NCBI GenBank assembly: GCA_040954595.2
Contig: CM082597.2
Coordinates: 8,587,778-8,651,777, forward strand
Source of the DNA: Balanoglossus misakiensis
Lineage: Eukaryota; Animalia; Hemichordata
Reading direction: 5' to 3'
Length of the DNA: 64,000 bases
Position 1 is the first letter of the stretch. Each line of letters starts with the position of its first letter. Made by a program: the position numbers and the translations under genes. Below are positions 38,111 through 50,238 of the stretch, piece after piece. The notes beneath the pieces were generated by a model. It had not been told where the DNA came from and did no database searches. It was given only the letters and a program-made list of their open reading frames with translations.

Positions 38111-38290
38111 GCTCGCATTGGGGCACAAGTGGACCCCAGATACCATCTGCTTGGCATTCCAATGAAGTCACATTATTTATAAACTGATAGCCCTCAATGC
38201 ATTGATAATAAGCAATGCCACCATACACTGTACTGGTAACATTGGTAAGAATTCCATTGCTGCACTCAGGGGGTCCACCACATGTTATTC
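38111..38290 (-). CDS. Sushi/CCP2 exon
   Basis: ITCGGPPECSNG...YQCIEGYQF..LECQADGIWGPLVPQCE; phase 1-1. Confidence 0.9.
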
Positions 38291-38508
38291 CTAAAAAATA
38301 AACAACAAATTAGTGTCATTCAAGTTGTTGCTAACAATAGATTCAAGAGACAAATTAAGTCTCTCTCATCACTGCACTTTTTTCATTAATTATCTTGGAT
38401 ACAAGACACCAGGCTAGGCATATTTGCATAGCTGGTACGACTTATACACGGCGAAAATGTTTTTTTTTCCTGAAAGAGTGACCTCAAAGCTACAAAATTA
38501 TGTAGATA

Positions 38509-38636
38509 TCAGCTAGACCGGACATCCCCTTTAACTACTGGAGAACCGTTCGAGCATTGGAATGAGACAGTGACATCATAGCTTCTATCATCTGTACTGG
38601 TCACCACGCCCTCACGAATCACAATTTCGGGACAGT
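38509..38636 (-). pseudogene. Truncated Sushi/CCP1 exon
   Basis: acceptor then DCPEIVIREGVVTSTDDRSYDVTVSFQCSNG..* ; second half (C..G.W..P.C) and donor absent. Confidence 0.7.
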
Positions 38637-39371
38637 CTGTCAGAACAAGGATCACAATGATAAGAATGCATGCAGACAAATACTTAAACTCATAAATGTC
38701 AGTTGTTTTAAAGTGAAGGGGTCGTCGCAACGCGTTTGTTTATAAACATTACAATTCATCCACAAATCCCTCAAATAAGATAATTCTTAGAATGAACGAA
38801 GCAGCTGACAGTATCCTAGACTGGCCATGACAGCAACTGAAGATCCTAGTAGGTCGTGGCTGTCTAATTTCAGGGATTTGTGGATGAATTGCAATGTTTA
38901 TAAACAAACAAACGCAGTGCGACGACCCCATCACTTTATTGAGTGTGATACAAGAGTGTTGCCATTCCTGTCAATGGTCCAAAAATGCATTGCAATTGTA
39001 AAAAATTAATGTCTCTGTTTTTCCAGCTCTTTGAAGTTTCGTAAAAATTCAAAAACCTTTGCACCTTTCACTTAATGACTCTAAATCACAAGGAATAAAG
39101 GGAGAGTGTGTTTCTAAGAATTCTGTAACAACTTTTTCTGTAATGTTAGTAAGTTACTGTAAAACACTTATTTTTTGCGAGCAAAAGATTTTCGCGAAAT
39201 ACGCGAGAGCCAAAATAGCGTGAAAATAAAAAGTCGCGTAATTTTTTTGAAGATAAAGATGCAATGAATGAAATAAGAGAACGCGAAAATTAATACTGGC
39301 GAAATAGTGGCCTCTCTCGATGTCGCGAAAATTTCAACTCGTGAAAATAAAGTGTTTTACAGTATGTGTAC

Positions 39372-39555
39372 CTGGTGAAAATGAAGCCCTGAATCCTTTA
39401 GCTGGTCGTGTTCTACTACTCCTGAACACAACCGAAAAGTGTCCAATGTCTGAACGGCAATCGGGTGGTGGCACTGTGCCATCAATGACTCCATCAGAAT
39501 TGCCACTCCATGGACCAATAATGACATCATCATCACTCTCAGTACCATTGTATAC
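39372..39555 (-). CDS. CUB3 C-half exon
   Basis: VYNGTESDDDVIIGPWSG...FSVVFRSSRTRPAKGFRASFSP. Confidence 0.85.
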
Positions 39556-39730
39556 CTTCAGAAACAAAGACAAATTAAGCATGCATTGTAAATACCGTAA
39601 AACGGGAAATCTTCACAACAGGAAATTTTCGCGATATCAAAGGTGGCTACTGTTACGCGACAATTAATTTTCACATTGCCATATTTTACTGCATTGTTAT
39701 CTCTGAAGCATTTTAAGCGACTTTTTATTT

Positions 39731-40733
39731 TCATATTGTTTAGCTCTCACGTAGTTAACGAAAATTTATCGTTCACGAAAATATTATGGTATTCAATCCT
39801 TGTTGCATTTCCTGCTGTAACAGCTACTCAACATACTGTAAAATGGGAAATGTTCGCAAACAATAAATTTTCGCGATCTATGTAAGAGCCATCAAAACAT
39901 GTAAATAAAAAGTTACGTAAAAATGTTTTTCGGGGATAATGATGCAGTGAAATACAAGAACGTGAAAATTTATTGTTGCATAACACTTGCCTCTTTTGAT
40001 ATCGCGAAAATTTCATGTTGCAAAAGTATCCCGTTTTACAGTATATATGTGATTAATTAAATTTCCAAATTGTGTTCCAAAGTTGTATAGTTTGAAGTAA
40101 TGTCTGCCAAAATTGTCAAACCAAAATCACTGCAAAATAATATGACAAATTTTTTAATATGACAAATATTTTTAACATGGCTGACTCATGATCATATCTG
40201 ATACTCACAATGATGTAATCAACATCTGTGTTTCATATTTTTCGGCTCTCACATAGTTTACGAAAATTTATCGTTCACGAAAATTTTATAGTATTCAATC
40301 CTTGTTGCATTTCCTGCTGTAACAGCTACTCAACATACTGTAAAATGGGAAATGTTCGCAAACAATAAATTTTCGCGATCAACGTGAGAGCCATCAAAAC
40401 ATGAAAATAAAAAGTTGCGTAAAAATATTTTTCGGGGATAATGATGCAGTGAAATACAAAAACGTGAAAATTTATTGTTGCATAACACTTGCCTCTTTTG
40501 ATATCGCGAAAATTTCATGTTGCAAAAGTATCCCGTTTTACAGTATATATGTGATTAATTAAATTTCCAAATTGTGTTCCAAAGTTGTATAGTTTGAAGT
40601 AATGTCTGCCAAAATTGTCAAACTAAAATCACTGCAAAATAATATGACAAATTTTTTAATATGACAAATATTTTTAACATGGCTGACTCATGATCATATC
40701 TGATACTCACAATGATGTAATCAACATCTGTGT
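39731..40733. repeat. 502-bp tandem duplication
   Basis: ORF-track twins 39828 and 40330; second junction copies the 3' end and donor of the CUB3a exon. Confidence 0.9.
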
Positions 40734-40895
40734 TCCTCTCTAATCCAAAGTTCTCATCAAAGATAAGAGTTAATGGTCTTCCAGTTGGTTCCTTGATTAA
40801 CCAGCTACACATAACATCATCAGGGTAAGTGCTAACATCATACCCTGGTGACTGAATCGTGCCAAAACTATGCAGAATTTCAATTCCCTGGCAAC
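40711..40895 (-). CDS. CUB3 N-half exon
   Basis: CQGIEILHSFGTIQSPGYDVSTYPDDVMCSWLIKEPTGRPLTLIF; aag/gtgagt. Confidence 0.88.
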
Positions 40896-40904
40896 CTTTA
40901 AAGA

Positions 40905-42796
40905 AACAAGTGACCTATCGGTCAAAAGAGCTCTGCTGACTTTAACAGTGAAACCTATAGCTGGGCAATGATATGAATACCCTAGGTTTTAATCATAACA
41001 ATTGTATTCTATTAAACAAAACCAAACATAGACATCACAAGTATTTAATATCCACATTCAGCTTGATTCATTGTGCTAAAGAAAGAAAGAATTTATTCCT
41101 AAAGAACAACATCAAAAGGAAGTACCAAGGTTCTAATTTGCATATTCATGACCCGATCAAAATTCTAATAAAACAAAATCAGGTAGGGGCACCATAACAC
41201 ACATTCTACCAAATTTCAGCTCCATCGTACATGTATTTAGGGAGGAGATTTTTTTACCAAAAATTCTATTTTTAGATCTAATTTGCATACTTATGACCCC
41301 ATCATATCCAAATTAGCAAAATCAGGTAGGGGCACCATAACACACATTCCTACTAAATTTCAGCGCCATCGTACATGTAGTTAGGGAGAAGAAGATTTTT
41401 GACCAAAAATTCTATTTTTAGATCTAATTTGCATATTTATGACCCAATCAAATCCAAATTAACAAAATCAGGTAGGGACACTATAACACACATTCCTACT
41501 AAATTTCAGCTCCATCGTACATATAGTTAGGGAGAAGAAGATTTTTTACCAAAAATTATATTTTTAGATCTAATTTACATATTCATGACCCGATCATATC
41601 CAAATTTATAAAATCAGGTAGGGGCATCATAACACACATTCCTACCATATTTCAGCTCCATCGTACATGTAGTTAGGGAGAAGAAAATTTTTGACCAAAA
41701 ATTCTATTTTTAGATCTAATTTGCATATTTATGACCCCATCAAATCCAAATTTACAAAATCAGGTAGGGGCACCATAACACACATTCCTACCAAATTTTA
41801 GCTCCATTGTACATGTAGTTATGGATAAGAAAATTTTTGACCAACAATTCTATTTTTAGATCTAATTTGCATATTTATGACCCCATCAAATCCAAATTTA
41901 CAAAATCAGGTAGGGGCACCATAACACACATTCTACCAAATTTCAGCTCCATCGTACATGTAGTTAGGGAGAAGATTTTTTTACCAAAAATTCTATTTTT
42001 AGATCTAATTTGCATATTTATGACCCCATCAAATCCAAATTAACAAAATCAGGTAGGGACACTATAACACACATTCCTACTAAATTTCAGCTCTATCGTA
42101 CATATAGTTAGGGAGAAGATTTTTTACCAAAAAATCTATTTTTAGATCTAATTTGCATATTCATGACCCGATCATATCCAAATTTATAAAATCAGGTAGG
42201 GGCACCATAACACACATTCCTACCAAATTTCAGCTCCATCGTACATGTAGTTAAGGAGAAGAAAATTTTTGACCAAAAATTCTATTTTTAGATCTAATTT
42301 GCATATTTATGACCCCATCAAATCCAAATTTACGAAATCAGGTAGGGGCACCATAACACACATTCCTACCAAATTTCAGCTCCATTGTACATGTAGTTAT
42401 GGAGAAGAAGATTTTTGACCAAACATTCTATTTTTAGATCTAATTTGCATATTCATGACCCAATCAAATCCAAATTCACAAAATCAGGTAGGGGCACCAT
42501 AACACACATTCCTACCAAATTTCAGCTCCATTGTACATGTAGTTGTGGAGAAGAAGATTTTTACCAAAACTTCTATTTTTAGATCTAATTTGCATATTCA
42601 AGATCCTATCAAATCCAAATTAACAAAATCAGTTAAGGGCACCATAACACACATTCCTACCAAATTATAGCTAAATATGCAATGTTGTTTTAAAGAAGAA
42701 GATTGAAATACCAAAAGTTGACAGACGACGGACGCTGGACGGACACTTATCAACCTACTGCTACAGCTCGGCTGACACACGTGACAGCCGAGCTAA
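40905..42796 (+). mobile_element. HINE/pearl/DINE-like (Helentron-associated) element carrying a tandem array
   Basis: AACAAG start, ~11 x ~145-bp core repeats, GACG/GACA microsatellite, 3' stem-loop AGCTCGGCTG..CAGCCGAGCT, A-rich flanks. Confidence 0.75.
41130..42680. repeat. Minisatellite, ~145-bp unit, ~11 copies
   Basis: Recurring TCAGGTAGGGGCACCATAACACACATTCCTACC every 143-146 bp. Confidence 0.95.
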
Positions 42797-43176
42797 AAAT
42801 ACCAAACAAGGAATAATGAATTCAATCCACAGGTTTGGTGTAATCCTGGCTGCCTTTTATTTCGTGCTAGGGGATCAAATCACATAATAATTGCCTTCTG
42901 GATAAAAAGTCGTAAGCGACAGAAGAAATGACTGTTAACTGTATATGACTTCCTTAGGTCAAACATTTCTGTCGTTATACATGTAGTTATCAAATTAAAC
43001 TCATTTAACTTTTTTCACATTTTGTTATTTTTTCTGTTAAAAAGTTCCATAATGATCCAGTATCAGCTTAGCTTATATTATAAACTTCCAGAAAGAATGG
43101 CAAAAGAAGATAGATCTGTGATCCTTACAATTCTTACTGGGTTGAAATTCTTTGGGAAGGATTTTAAGTGATTTAA

Positions 43177-43529
43177 AGGGACAAAGTGTCTCTCTCTCGC
43201 TGCCCTTTTTCCATTAACTATGTTTGATACAAGACACTGTTTATGTTATTCTACATGTGGATATATAGTGAATCAACATTCAACCACGCACAACTTCCAT
43301 CCCGTTTGTAGGATATGAGAGTAAAAATATTGCCAAAATGAATAAACGGTAGAAACCAATTATTCATTTTGGCAAGTTTTTTCACTCTTGTGTCTACAAG
43401 TGGGATGGAAGTTGTGTGTGGTCAAACGTTGATTCAATATATATCCACATGTAGAATAACATAAACGCTGTATTGTACCATCATAATTCCTGGAAAAAGG
43501 GTAGCGAGAGAGAGAGAGTCTTTGTCCCT
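43177..43529. mobile_element. Kolobok-like MITE (TTAA-AGGGACAAAG...CTTTGTCCCT-TTAA), representative copy
   Basis: TTAA duplication, long TIRs; other copies near 19317, 20582, 22117, 36252, 43928, 55650. Confidence 0.8.
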
Positions 43530-43614
43530 TTAAAACATTGTTCTCTTGTATCATGAATCCTTGATTGCCTCTTCATTCAAACAACATCTTGATCAATTTG
43601 AATGCGTTACCTAC

Positions 43615-43816
43615 CTGCCCAGTAATGTGCATGGAAACCTCTCATTGTAACTGCATCATCACTCTTAAAGTCAACTCTCATCGTACTTTTGGAAGATATG
43701 ATGACATTGGGTAACTCCATCCCAGAAAATAAAGCAAGTCTGAGGGCAGGATTCAGTTCAGCGCCATCGTATACAGACACTTGATCAGCCCCATCTTCTG
43801 TTGCAAAGGAGATAAA
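43615..43816 (-). CDS. CUB2 C-half exon
   Basis: FISFATEDGADQVSVYDG...SSKSTMRVDFKSDDAVTMRGFHAHYWA. Confidence 0.9.
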
Positions 43817-44645
43817 CTGAAAAGATATAAAAAATAGCATCAAAGACACTGTGCTCCCATTTGATATGTTCATTTAAATGTGACATACCGTACAATCATA
43901 GTGATCACAATTTCCTACACAAAACCATTAAGGGGCAAAGTCTCTCTCTCTCGCTGCCCCTTTTCCATTAATTATCGTTTGATTATCGTTTATGTTATTC
44001 TACATGTGGATATATAGTGAATCAACATTCCATCCCGCTTCATTTTGGGCGAGATTTTTACTCTGATATCCTAAAAATGGGATGGAAGGTGTGTGTGGTC
44101 GAATGTTGATTCACTATATATCCACATGTAGAATAACATAAACAGTGTCTTGTATCAAACATAATTAATGGGAAAGGGGCAGCGAGAGAGAGAGACTTCG
44201 TCCCTATAAGGACACCTTTAGCATTGATGAGGTAATATAAGAATAAATCTGATGAAGAATATTTTCATATCCCAATAAACCAAAATCCAAAACAACTGGA
44301 AGAGCAGCTTCTGACATAAGTGGACTTTTGGACCAAAAATGTCTAAAACTACCCACCCCCCTCCTCCCCAGTATTGATATTTGTCACATGTTTATGTACA
44401 CCATAATAACAAATATTGTAGGTCCTTGTAAACCAAAATTTAAGAAATCGGAAAGTGGCTACTGAGAATTGACCAGAAATGACAAAAATAAAATGTATTT
44501 TTAAAAATATAATTACTAATTTTTGTCATGCTGTAAAACAACTCACACGATTGATTGCATCTGAATCCACTAATAACATGAAATGAGTTATGAAAAAGAG
44601 TACAAATATGAGTTCATCTACAAGTACATGTAGTCTTCTATTTAC

Positions 44646-44797
44646 CTGTAAAGTGACAACAAATTATGTTGTGAATGATGCCAGCTGTCAGTTACAATCT
44701 TCATTGTTGAGATAATTCTTGCCTTCAAAATATTCTGTACTGCTGAGATTCTGTTTATATGACTGTGCTATGAAATTCCCACCACACAAAGAATACA
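44646..44797 (-). pseudogene. CUB2 N-half exon with two nonsense codons
   Basis: LCGGNFIAQSYKQNLSSTEY..YLNNEDCN*QLASFTT*FVVTLQ; TGA 44688-44690, TAA 44664-44666. Confidence 0.8.
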
Positions 44798-45065
44798 CTG
44801 AAAGAAAGAAGAAGTCATCTTAACAGAAACACTTCACAAACAGGACATCAGCAAGATCACAGTCGAGGTAGGGCTAATATTGCCTACATGTGCAATCTAT
44901 AATGTTATACCAGGTTTCAGAGACACTATTTGCCTAAGGTAAACACAGAGCATTAATGCTTTTAGTTGCCATGTATCAACACATGCAAAGTTTATGTGTA
45001 GTTCGCGAACATTTATCGTTTGCGAAAATTTCCAGTTTTACATTATGTATAAAACTTGGTATTAC

Positions 45066-45264
45066 CTGCTTGCCAAGATGCTTCAAAGCCAGTAGCAGTA
45101 TGCGAGTATCTGAGAGAAATTTCACCAACATTGCATTACCACTGCTAATAACTTCATCAGGCTGGTCTGGTCCACTATGTAGCAAGAACTTTGGATGGGT
45201 CAAACACAGACCCATCGACAATGACAACAGTATCATGATAAAGTTCAGTGTCAAAATGTAGAAA
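45066..45264 (-). pseudogene. CUB1 C-half exon with two internal frameshifts
   Basis: FLHFDTELYHDTVVIVDG..VLAT / SGPDQPDEVISSGNAMLVKFLSD / SHTATGFEASWQA; the middle segment is in a shifted frame; in-frame TAG. Confidence 0.8.
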
Positions 45265-45464
45265 CTGGAAAGAATAAAAAAAATGTCACAACACACATCA
45301 TAAATAGTGAGCTGTCTCAAGCCAATATACATGAAAATAAACACAGTTTCATGACTTAAGCCCCATTAGCTGTAACTTTTTGCATTTTTCAGTATTTCTA
45401 TTCTGTGTATCAATTATAGTTTCTTGTTCAGCTACGCAGGGCAGAGTTAAATCCATAGTCTTAA

Positions 45465-46450
45465 GGTAGTTGGAAAGGCTAGGGCGTCAGTTAAAATTTC
45501 ATTTAAAAACACTGAATTTATATCTAGAAATGTATTAGAGAAAAATTAAACTCATAAAAAATTCGGGGCAATAAACGTGTAACAAGATATGGCTGGTTTT
45601 ATGATACCTAATTTCATTCATCTGGCAAGGAAGCTAGGGAGCCTTATTTGAGCGCCCTCTAGGGGAAGACTTCTCCTAGGCTATGCGCACAAGGACGGGT
45701 TCCCCTAGCCAAGGGCATTTAAATGTAACTTGCAAACACTGATTCTTGCAATTTTCAACGATAGATAACCTTGCTTGTTTATTAAAGGCTGCCAAATTAT
45801 GGACATTTTTGCATTTCTAGGGAACCCGAAAAGCCAGCGGAAAAGCGTTTGACCCAGATAAATGCGATCCTTCGCCGTGAACTGCCGCTAAACTTTGCGT
45901 ATTTCGCTACTTTTCTGCCCTTCGCCATAATGTAATGGTTTTTATTTGTGATTGAATAGGTATGCCAGATATTTTTTTTATCATGAAACTTTCAGGAAAG
46001 GCTCGGGACATCCCAAAGAACAATTTTACGGGACAGTTTTTTCATAAGTTTTCCCGTTGTGTTTTGGCAGCACGTTAAAGTTGTATACAAAATATCAACA
46101 AAAACTGTGTTTTCCTGAGTGATAACTTTGAAAAAAATAAGTTTTTGCTGAAAGTGTCCCATACATTGCTGGAGGGGTTGCTTCATATTAAAATGAATAC
46201 AAATTATTCAATAATTTGTGAAAACATGTCAAGATTCAATCAATATTTTGTAAAATTATGAATATTTATATTTAGGCGTATCAAATTTCATAATTTTAGC
46301 AGATATTTTTACAGTCATATTTTTCCCTCACTTTTTAGTTTGTTAAGAACACATGCTGCAAATTTCAAGTCATTATCTTTATTCTAACTTGTGAAAATAA
46401 ATTCACAAACATTGAGAGAATTTGCTTCAAAAATAGCCTTTCCAACTACC
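45465..46450. mobile_element. Kolobok-like non-autonomous transposon
   Basis: 17-bp TIR GGTAGTTGGAAAGGCTA, TTAA on both sides. Confidence 0.8.
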
Positions 46451-46878
46451 TTAACTTCTCAACGAAACCTATGAGGGCACAATCGGCATTGTTGTTGTTT
46501 GAAAACATTCGTAAATAATAACAACAGTCAGTACACATACACATGACTCGTTGACAAGCAGAGAGCTGGGTGTGATGGGTTACTCATGAGGAGAGGAACA
46601 AGAAAAAGTGTTTCATACACAAAACAAAATTACTGATAAACTAGCCTGAAGTTATAGATAATGGCCCTTTAATTCAAAAGTTTACCAAAAATCATGTTTG
46701 TTATAAGGAAGAAAAAAATCAAATTATTTTTTTTTAGTTGAAATGAATTTAAATCTAATACAGGTGTCTGTTTTTTTTTTTTAAAGTGTTTTTATGTCGA
46801 ATGGACGGGAAAAGGTGTTTTGTATAGGCAGGTTTCCAGATTAGACAGAGTTAGTGGTTTATGCAAGTTTTACTGTAC

Positions 46879-47012
46879 CTCAATTTTTATTCTGGATGTT
46901 GCAGGTCCCTGGATTGTCCAAATACATTCTTGTAGAATGTAATAATTATCATCTGGGTATCCAGTGCTGTGAAAGGTCCCCGATTCACCAGTTTCCAAAC
47001 CACCACATGTTC
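46879..47012 (-). CDS. CUB1 N-half exon
   Basis: TCGGLETGESGTFHSTGYPDDNYYILQECIWTIQGPATSRIKIE. Confidence 0.85.
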
Positions 47013-47800
47013 CTGAATATCATTAAAATAAAAAGAAAGAGTATGTTTGTGTGATGAATGGTCATAAAGATTCAGCTCATCAAGTTGACGAAATTTCATT
47101 GATGATAAAATTACTTCACCAACAGAGAGTATCCAATGTACATGTATAAAACAAAGTTTGTATTAGTATAAATCAAATGTAAAAATTTTGAAACGACATT
47201 TATCACACCCGAAAATTCCAAGAACAGCATATTATGATTCTCTAAGCTCAAACTATCAGTGTGACAGATGCCAGATTCTTAAAATACTTGGCCCAGTTTT
47301 GTTTCTGATTTATATTTATGACATACTGTAAAACAGGAAATTTCATGATGTCAAAAGTGGCAACTGTTATGCGATGATTGATTTTCGCATTCTCATATTT
47401 CACGGCATTGCTATCTTCGAAAAACATTTTTACACAACTTGTTTATTTTCGCGTTTTTTTGGCTCTCGCATAGTTCGCAAAAATGTATCGCTCGCGAAAA
47501 TTTCCTGTTTACAGTACAAAATTCTTTGAGGATCAGACTTTCTGCTGACAGTTCAAAAGTAGTCTGTAGTTGCAAAGGAGATGATCATACAAATAAATTA
47601 CGGTCTAGTAGTTTGAGATTGGCGCATATCAGTTGTCACGCATATTTACAAGATTCTTTTGTATAATGACTTAAGGCCAAAAGTACACTATACCACACAT
47701 TTAGGAAACTTGGTCTCTTCACCTGGGCCCACTGTATGTATAATGATGTTGAGGTGAGTGTAGAGATGATATTGTTTCAGGGCACTTGCCAAAAACATAC

Positions 47801-47905
47801 CTGCACATCCAATCTCATCAGAGAAATCACCATCACCACAGTCAACTGTACCATCACAAACCCAGTCAGGATTTATACAATTACCATTAGAGCATCGAAA
47901 GTCAC
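47801..47905 (-). CDS. LDL-receptor class A exon
   Basis: [35 protein letters not shown]; cag/gtatgt. Confidence 0.9.
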
Positions 47906-48326
47906 CTGAACAAATATTATTAAAAAAATAAAGATTACATTTACATTGATGGATATTTTTTAACTTTTGTCATAATACTGATATCATAATATGTACGTAG
48001 GAAAGGACATGAAAGTTGTTGTATTCAAAACTATAAGCTTTTAAGTTTATGAACAATATCATATGATCAATATTGTATCTCTGCCAAAAGTAAAACTGCT
48101 TGAACAAAAACACATGAAAAATCGTGTCACATAAATAGTCTAAAAGAAATTGTTAAGTAAACATAACCATACAATTAATGAGTGGAATTATCTAGCGACG
48201 ACTGGCCTCAATTTTGAATTTCAAATATAACACCATTCTGCACCCCAGGAGACATCACATGATCTGATCCCCCTTGTTTAACTTTTAGTGGTGAGCTCTT
48301 CCAAGTATATCTTGTATTGCTTAGGG

Positions 48327-48630
48327 GACTCTCTCTCTCTCTCTCCCTCCCTCCCTTTCACCCCCTCTCCCTCCCTCCCTCCCTCCCTCGCCCTCCCTCT
48401 CTAGCTCTCTCCCTCCCCCTCTCCCTCCCTCCCACCCCTCTCTAGCTCTCTCCCTCCCTACCCCTCCCTACCCCTCCCTCTCCCTCTAGTTCTCTCTCCC
48501 CTCTCCCTCACTACCACCCTCCCTCCCTCCCTCCTTGTCACTCTCCAGCTCTATCTCCCTCCCCTCTCCCCCCTCTCACTCTCCCCTCCCAGCCTCTCCC
48601 TCCCGCTCTTTTTGCACACACTCTCTCTTA
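48327..48630. repeat. CT-rich low-complexity tract
   Basis: (CT)n/(CCCT)n polypyrimidine run. Confidence 0.9.
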
Positions 48631-48723
48631 GTATATATATTGGGAGGTGACTACAGTAGTGCGAGTAAAGTAAAGACCTGATGCGAGTAAGGGAAGATTC
48701 TAGCTGATTTGAATCAGACTTAC

Positions 48724-48939
48724 CCTCAGCACAAGCTGCTACTTCACACATTGACAGACTGACATCATCACATCTTGCATGATACAATGGGTAATTATTT
48801 TCAAAGAGGTTTAACCTCACACATTGCCCAGTGGAGGCATCAGGTTCTGTGTCTGCCCATCGACCATCAAAGACACTACCTTTCCTGCCATCTGAATAAT
48901 CATATTCCACACTGCCATCTCGATTGGGTCCACTAAATC
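48724..48939 (-). CDS. C-type lectin domain exon (C-terminal)
   Basis: tttatag/gtaagt; YSDG...WADTEPDASTGQCVRL...RCDDVSLSMCE. Confidence 0.85.
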
Positions 48940-48975
48940 CTATAAAATGGAAATAAAGAAAGAAGATGCATACAG

Positions 48976-49172
48976 CAGTGTTTCATCCAGGATGGGGGGG
49001 GGGGGGGGTATGTCCCCCTTTGCATGAATAGTTGCACTCTTGCAAGGAGGGGAATGAGTGACATCGCTGAGTCTGTAAGGGGCACCATTTCCCCCTTGAC
49101 AAATTTCTAGGGGGGTGCCAACATGCTGACAGTGGGCGAATTCCCTCATCCCTCCATCTGGATGAAAAACTG
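48976..49172. mobile_element. MITE with CAG..CTG termini and 7-bp TSD (P/hAT-like)
   Basis: CAGTGTTTCATCCAG / CTGGATGAAAAACTG; CATACAG on both sides. Confidence 0.7.
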
Positions 49173-49385
49173 CATACAGAGTCACTTAATAGCAAGATTT
49201 TGTGAGGTTATTGAGATGTAAAAAATAGGCTTTTCAATTACCATCTTGAGACAATTATCATTCAAGTGTTACTATGCAGTGCTCACTTGTAAACTGTCAA
49301 ATTCCAAAACCAGTTATTTTTTACACTTGATACACCCACAAATTATTTGGGAACACTGAGAAACACTGTTAAAAGACACACTCAC

Positions 49386-49504
49386 CAATCCAACCATGGT
49401 TCGCTGTTTCATTGAAAGTCTCTTCAATCTGGTTTACAATCTCTGCTCCAGCATAACGATTTTCAGAATAACCCTCAATTACTGTCAAGTGCCCACCATA
49501 AAAT
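49386..49504 (-). CDS. C-type lectin domain exon (middle)
   Basis: tttcag/gtgag; FYGGHLTVIEGYSENRYAGAEIVNQIEETFNETANHGWIG (GGHL..I...EN...WIG). Confidence 0.85.
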
Positions 49505-50238
49505 CTGAAAATAAACCAATTTATAACACATCAAACATGTTCCAAACTAATTTCGAAATTCCAGTCCGTGAATAATACATTTCCTCTTTGAAAACATTTA
49601 ATATTGGTGAATAAGAGGTTCATAAATGTATAACATTAGATTTTTGTTTGTAAAGTCTATATTTTGTGTTACACCTTTCCAATAAGTGTGTGATTAGTGT
49701 AGATTTCGGCAGAATTTCTGGGAAAAAAGAATCTGTGAAAAATTCACCTGAATTTTGGGGAGAAAAAAATTTGCTGAACGTTTCCTTTGAATAAAAAAGT
49801 TCAGCTTATTTCTTTTAGAGAAAACATGACAATTTCCAGGAAATGGCTGTTGTTGTTTTTTTTTGGTGAGAATAAACTTAAAAGACAAATTCTGATACAG
49901 TTGCATCAAGGTGATGGAAGAAAATCCCAGATTAACCGGATATTTGGAAACTTTATCCAGAATTTCAAAATTAGTTCGAAATGTGACATTGTGTTATCAA
50001 TGATCTGTGTTGAGCAGTCGAACGATGAACGGGTAGTTGACAATTCCCACGAGCACACCCGTATCTTTCCTCAGTAGTTGCGCCGGGCCGGTCGGCAATG
50101 TAACAGAAAAAGTGGTACGATATGCCAGCTGAGCCGTCGCTAGTCTACAATTCCGAGTCTACAAGGCCGTCTCTAACTAAAAATTATAATAACTATCGAG
50201 GAACGTGACAATTATATCAGCGAATGTGGGGCTGGGGG

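Larger units (their letters stand above)
293..49504 (-). pseudogene. Multi-exon mosaic extracellular protein locus (Uninflatable-like CTLD-LDLa-CUB3-CCP4 head joined to amplified kielin/Cv-2-like EGF-VWC-VWD-C8 cassettes), probably disabled; 5' exons not found, 3' end beyond left edge
   Basis: About 55 exons with GT/AG boundaries and mostly compatible phases translating to recognisable Cys-rich domains; multiple stops, frameshifts and lost exons. Confidence 0.75.

Noticed and set aside
41130-42680. Regular repeat array as CRISPR
   Set aside because: Contiguous ~145-bp units without unique spacers, intron-containing eukaryotic context, no cas genes.
44664-44690. TGA/TAA in the CUB2 exon as recoding or selenocysteine
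   Set aside because: The TGA replaces the conserved Trp (TGG>TGA) and a TAA follows; other exons use TGG normally and carry unrelated lesions.
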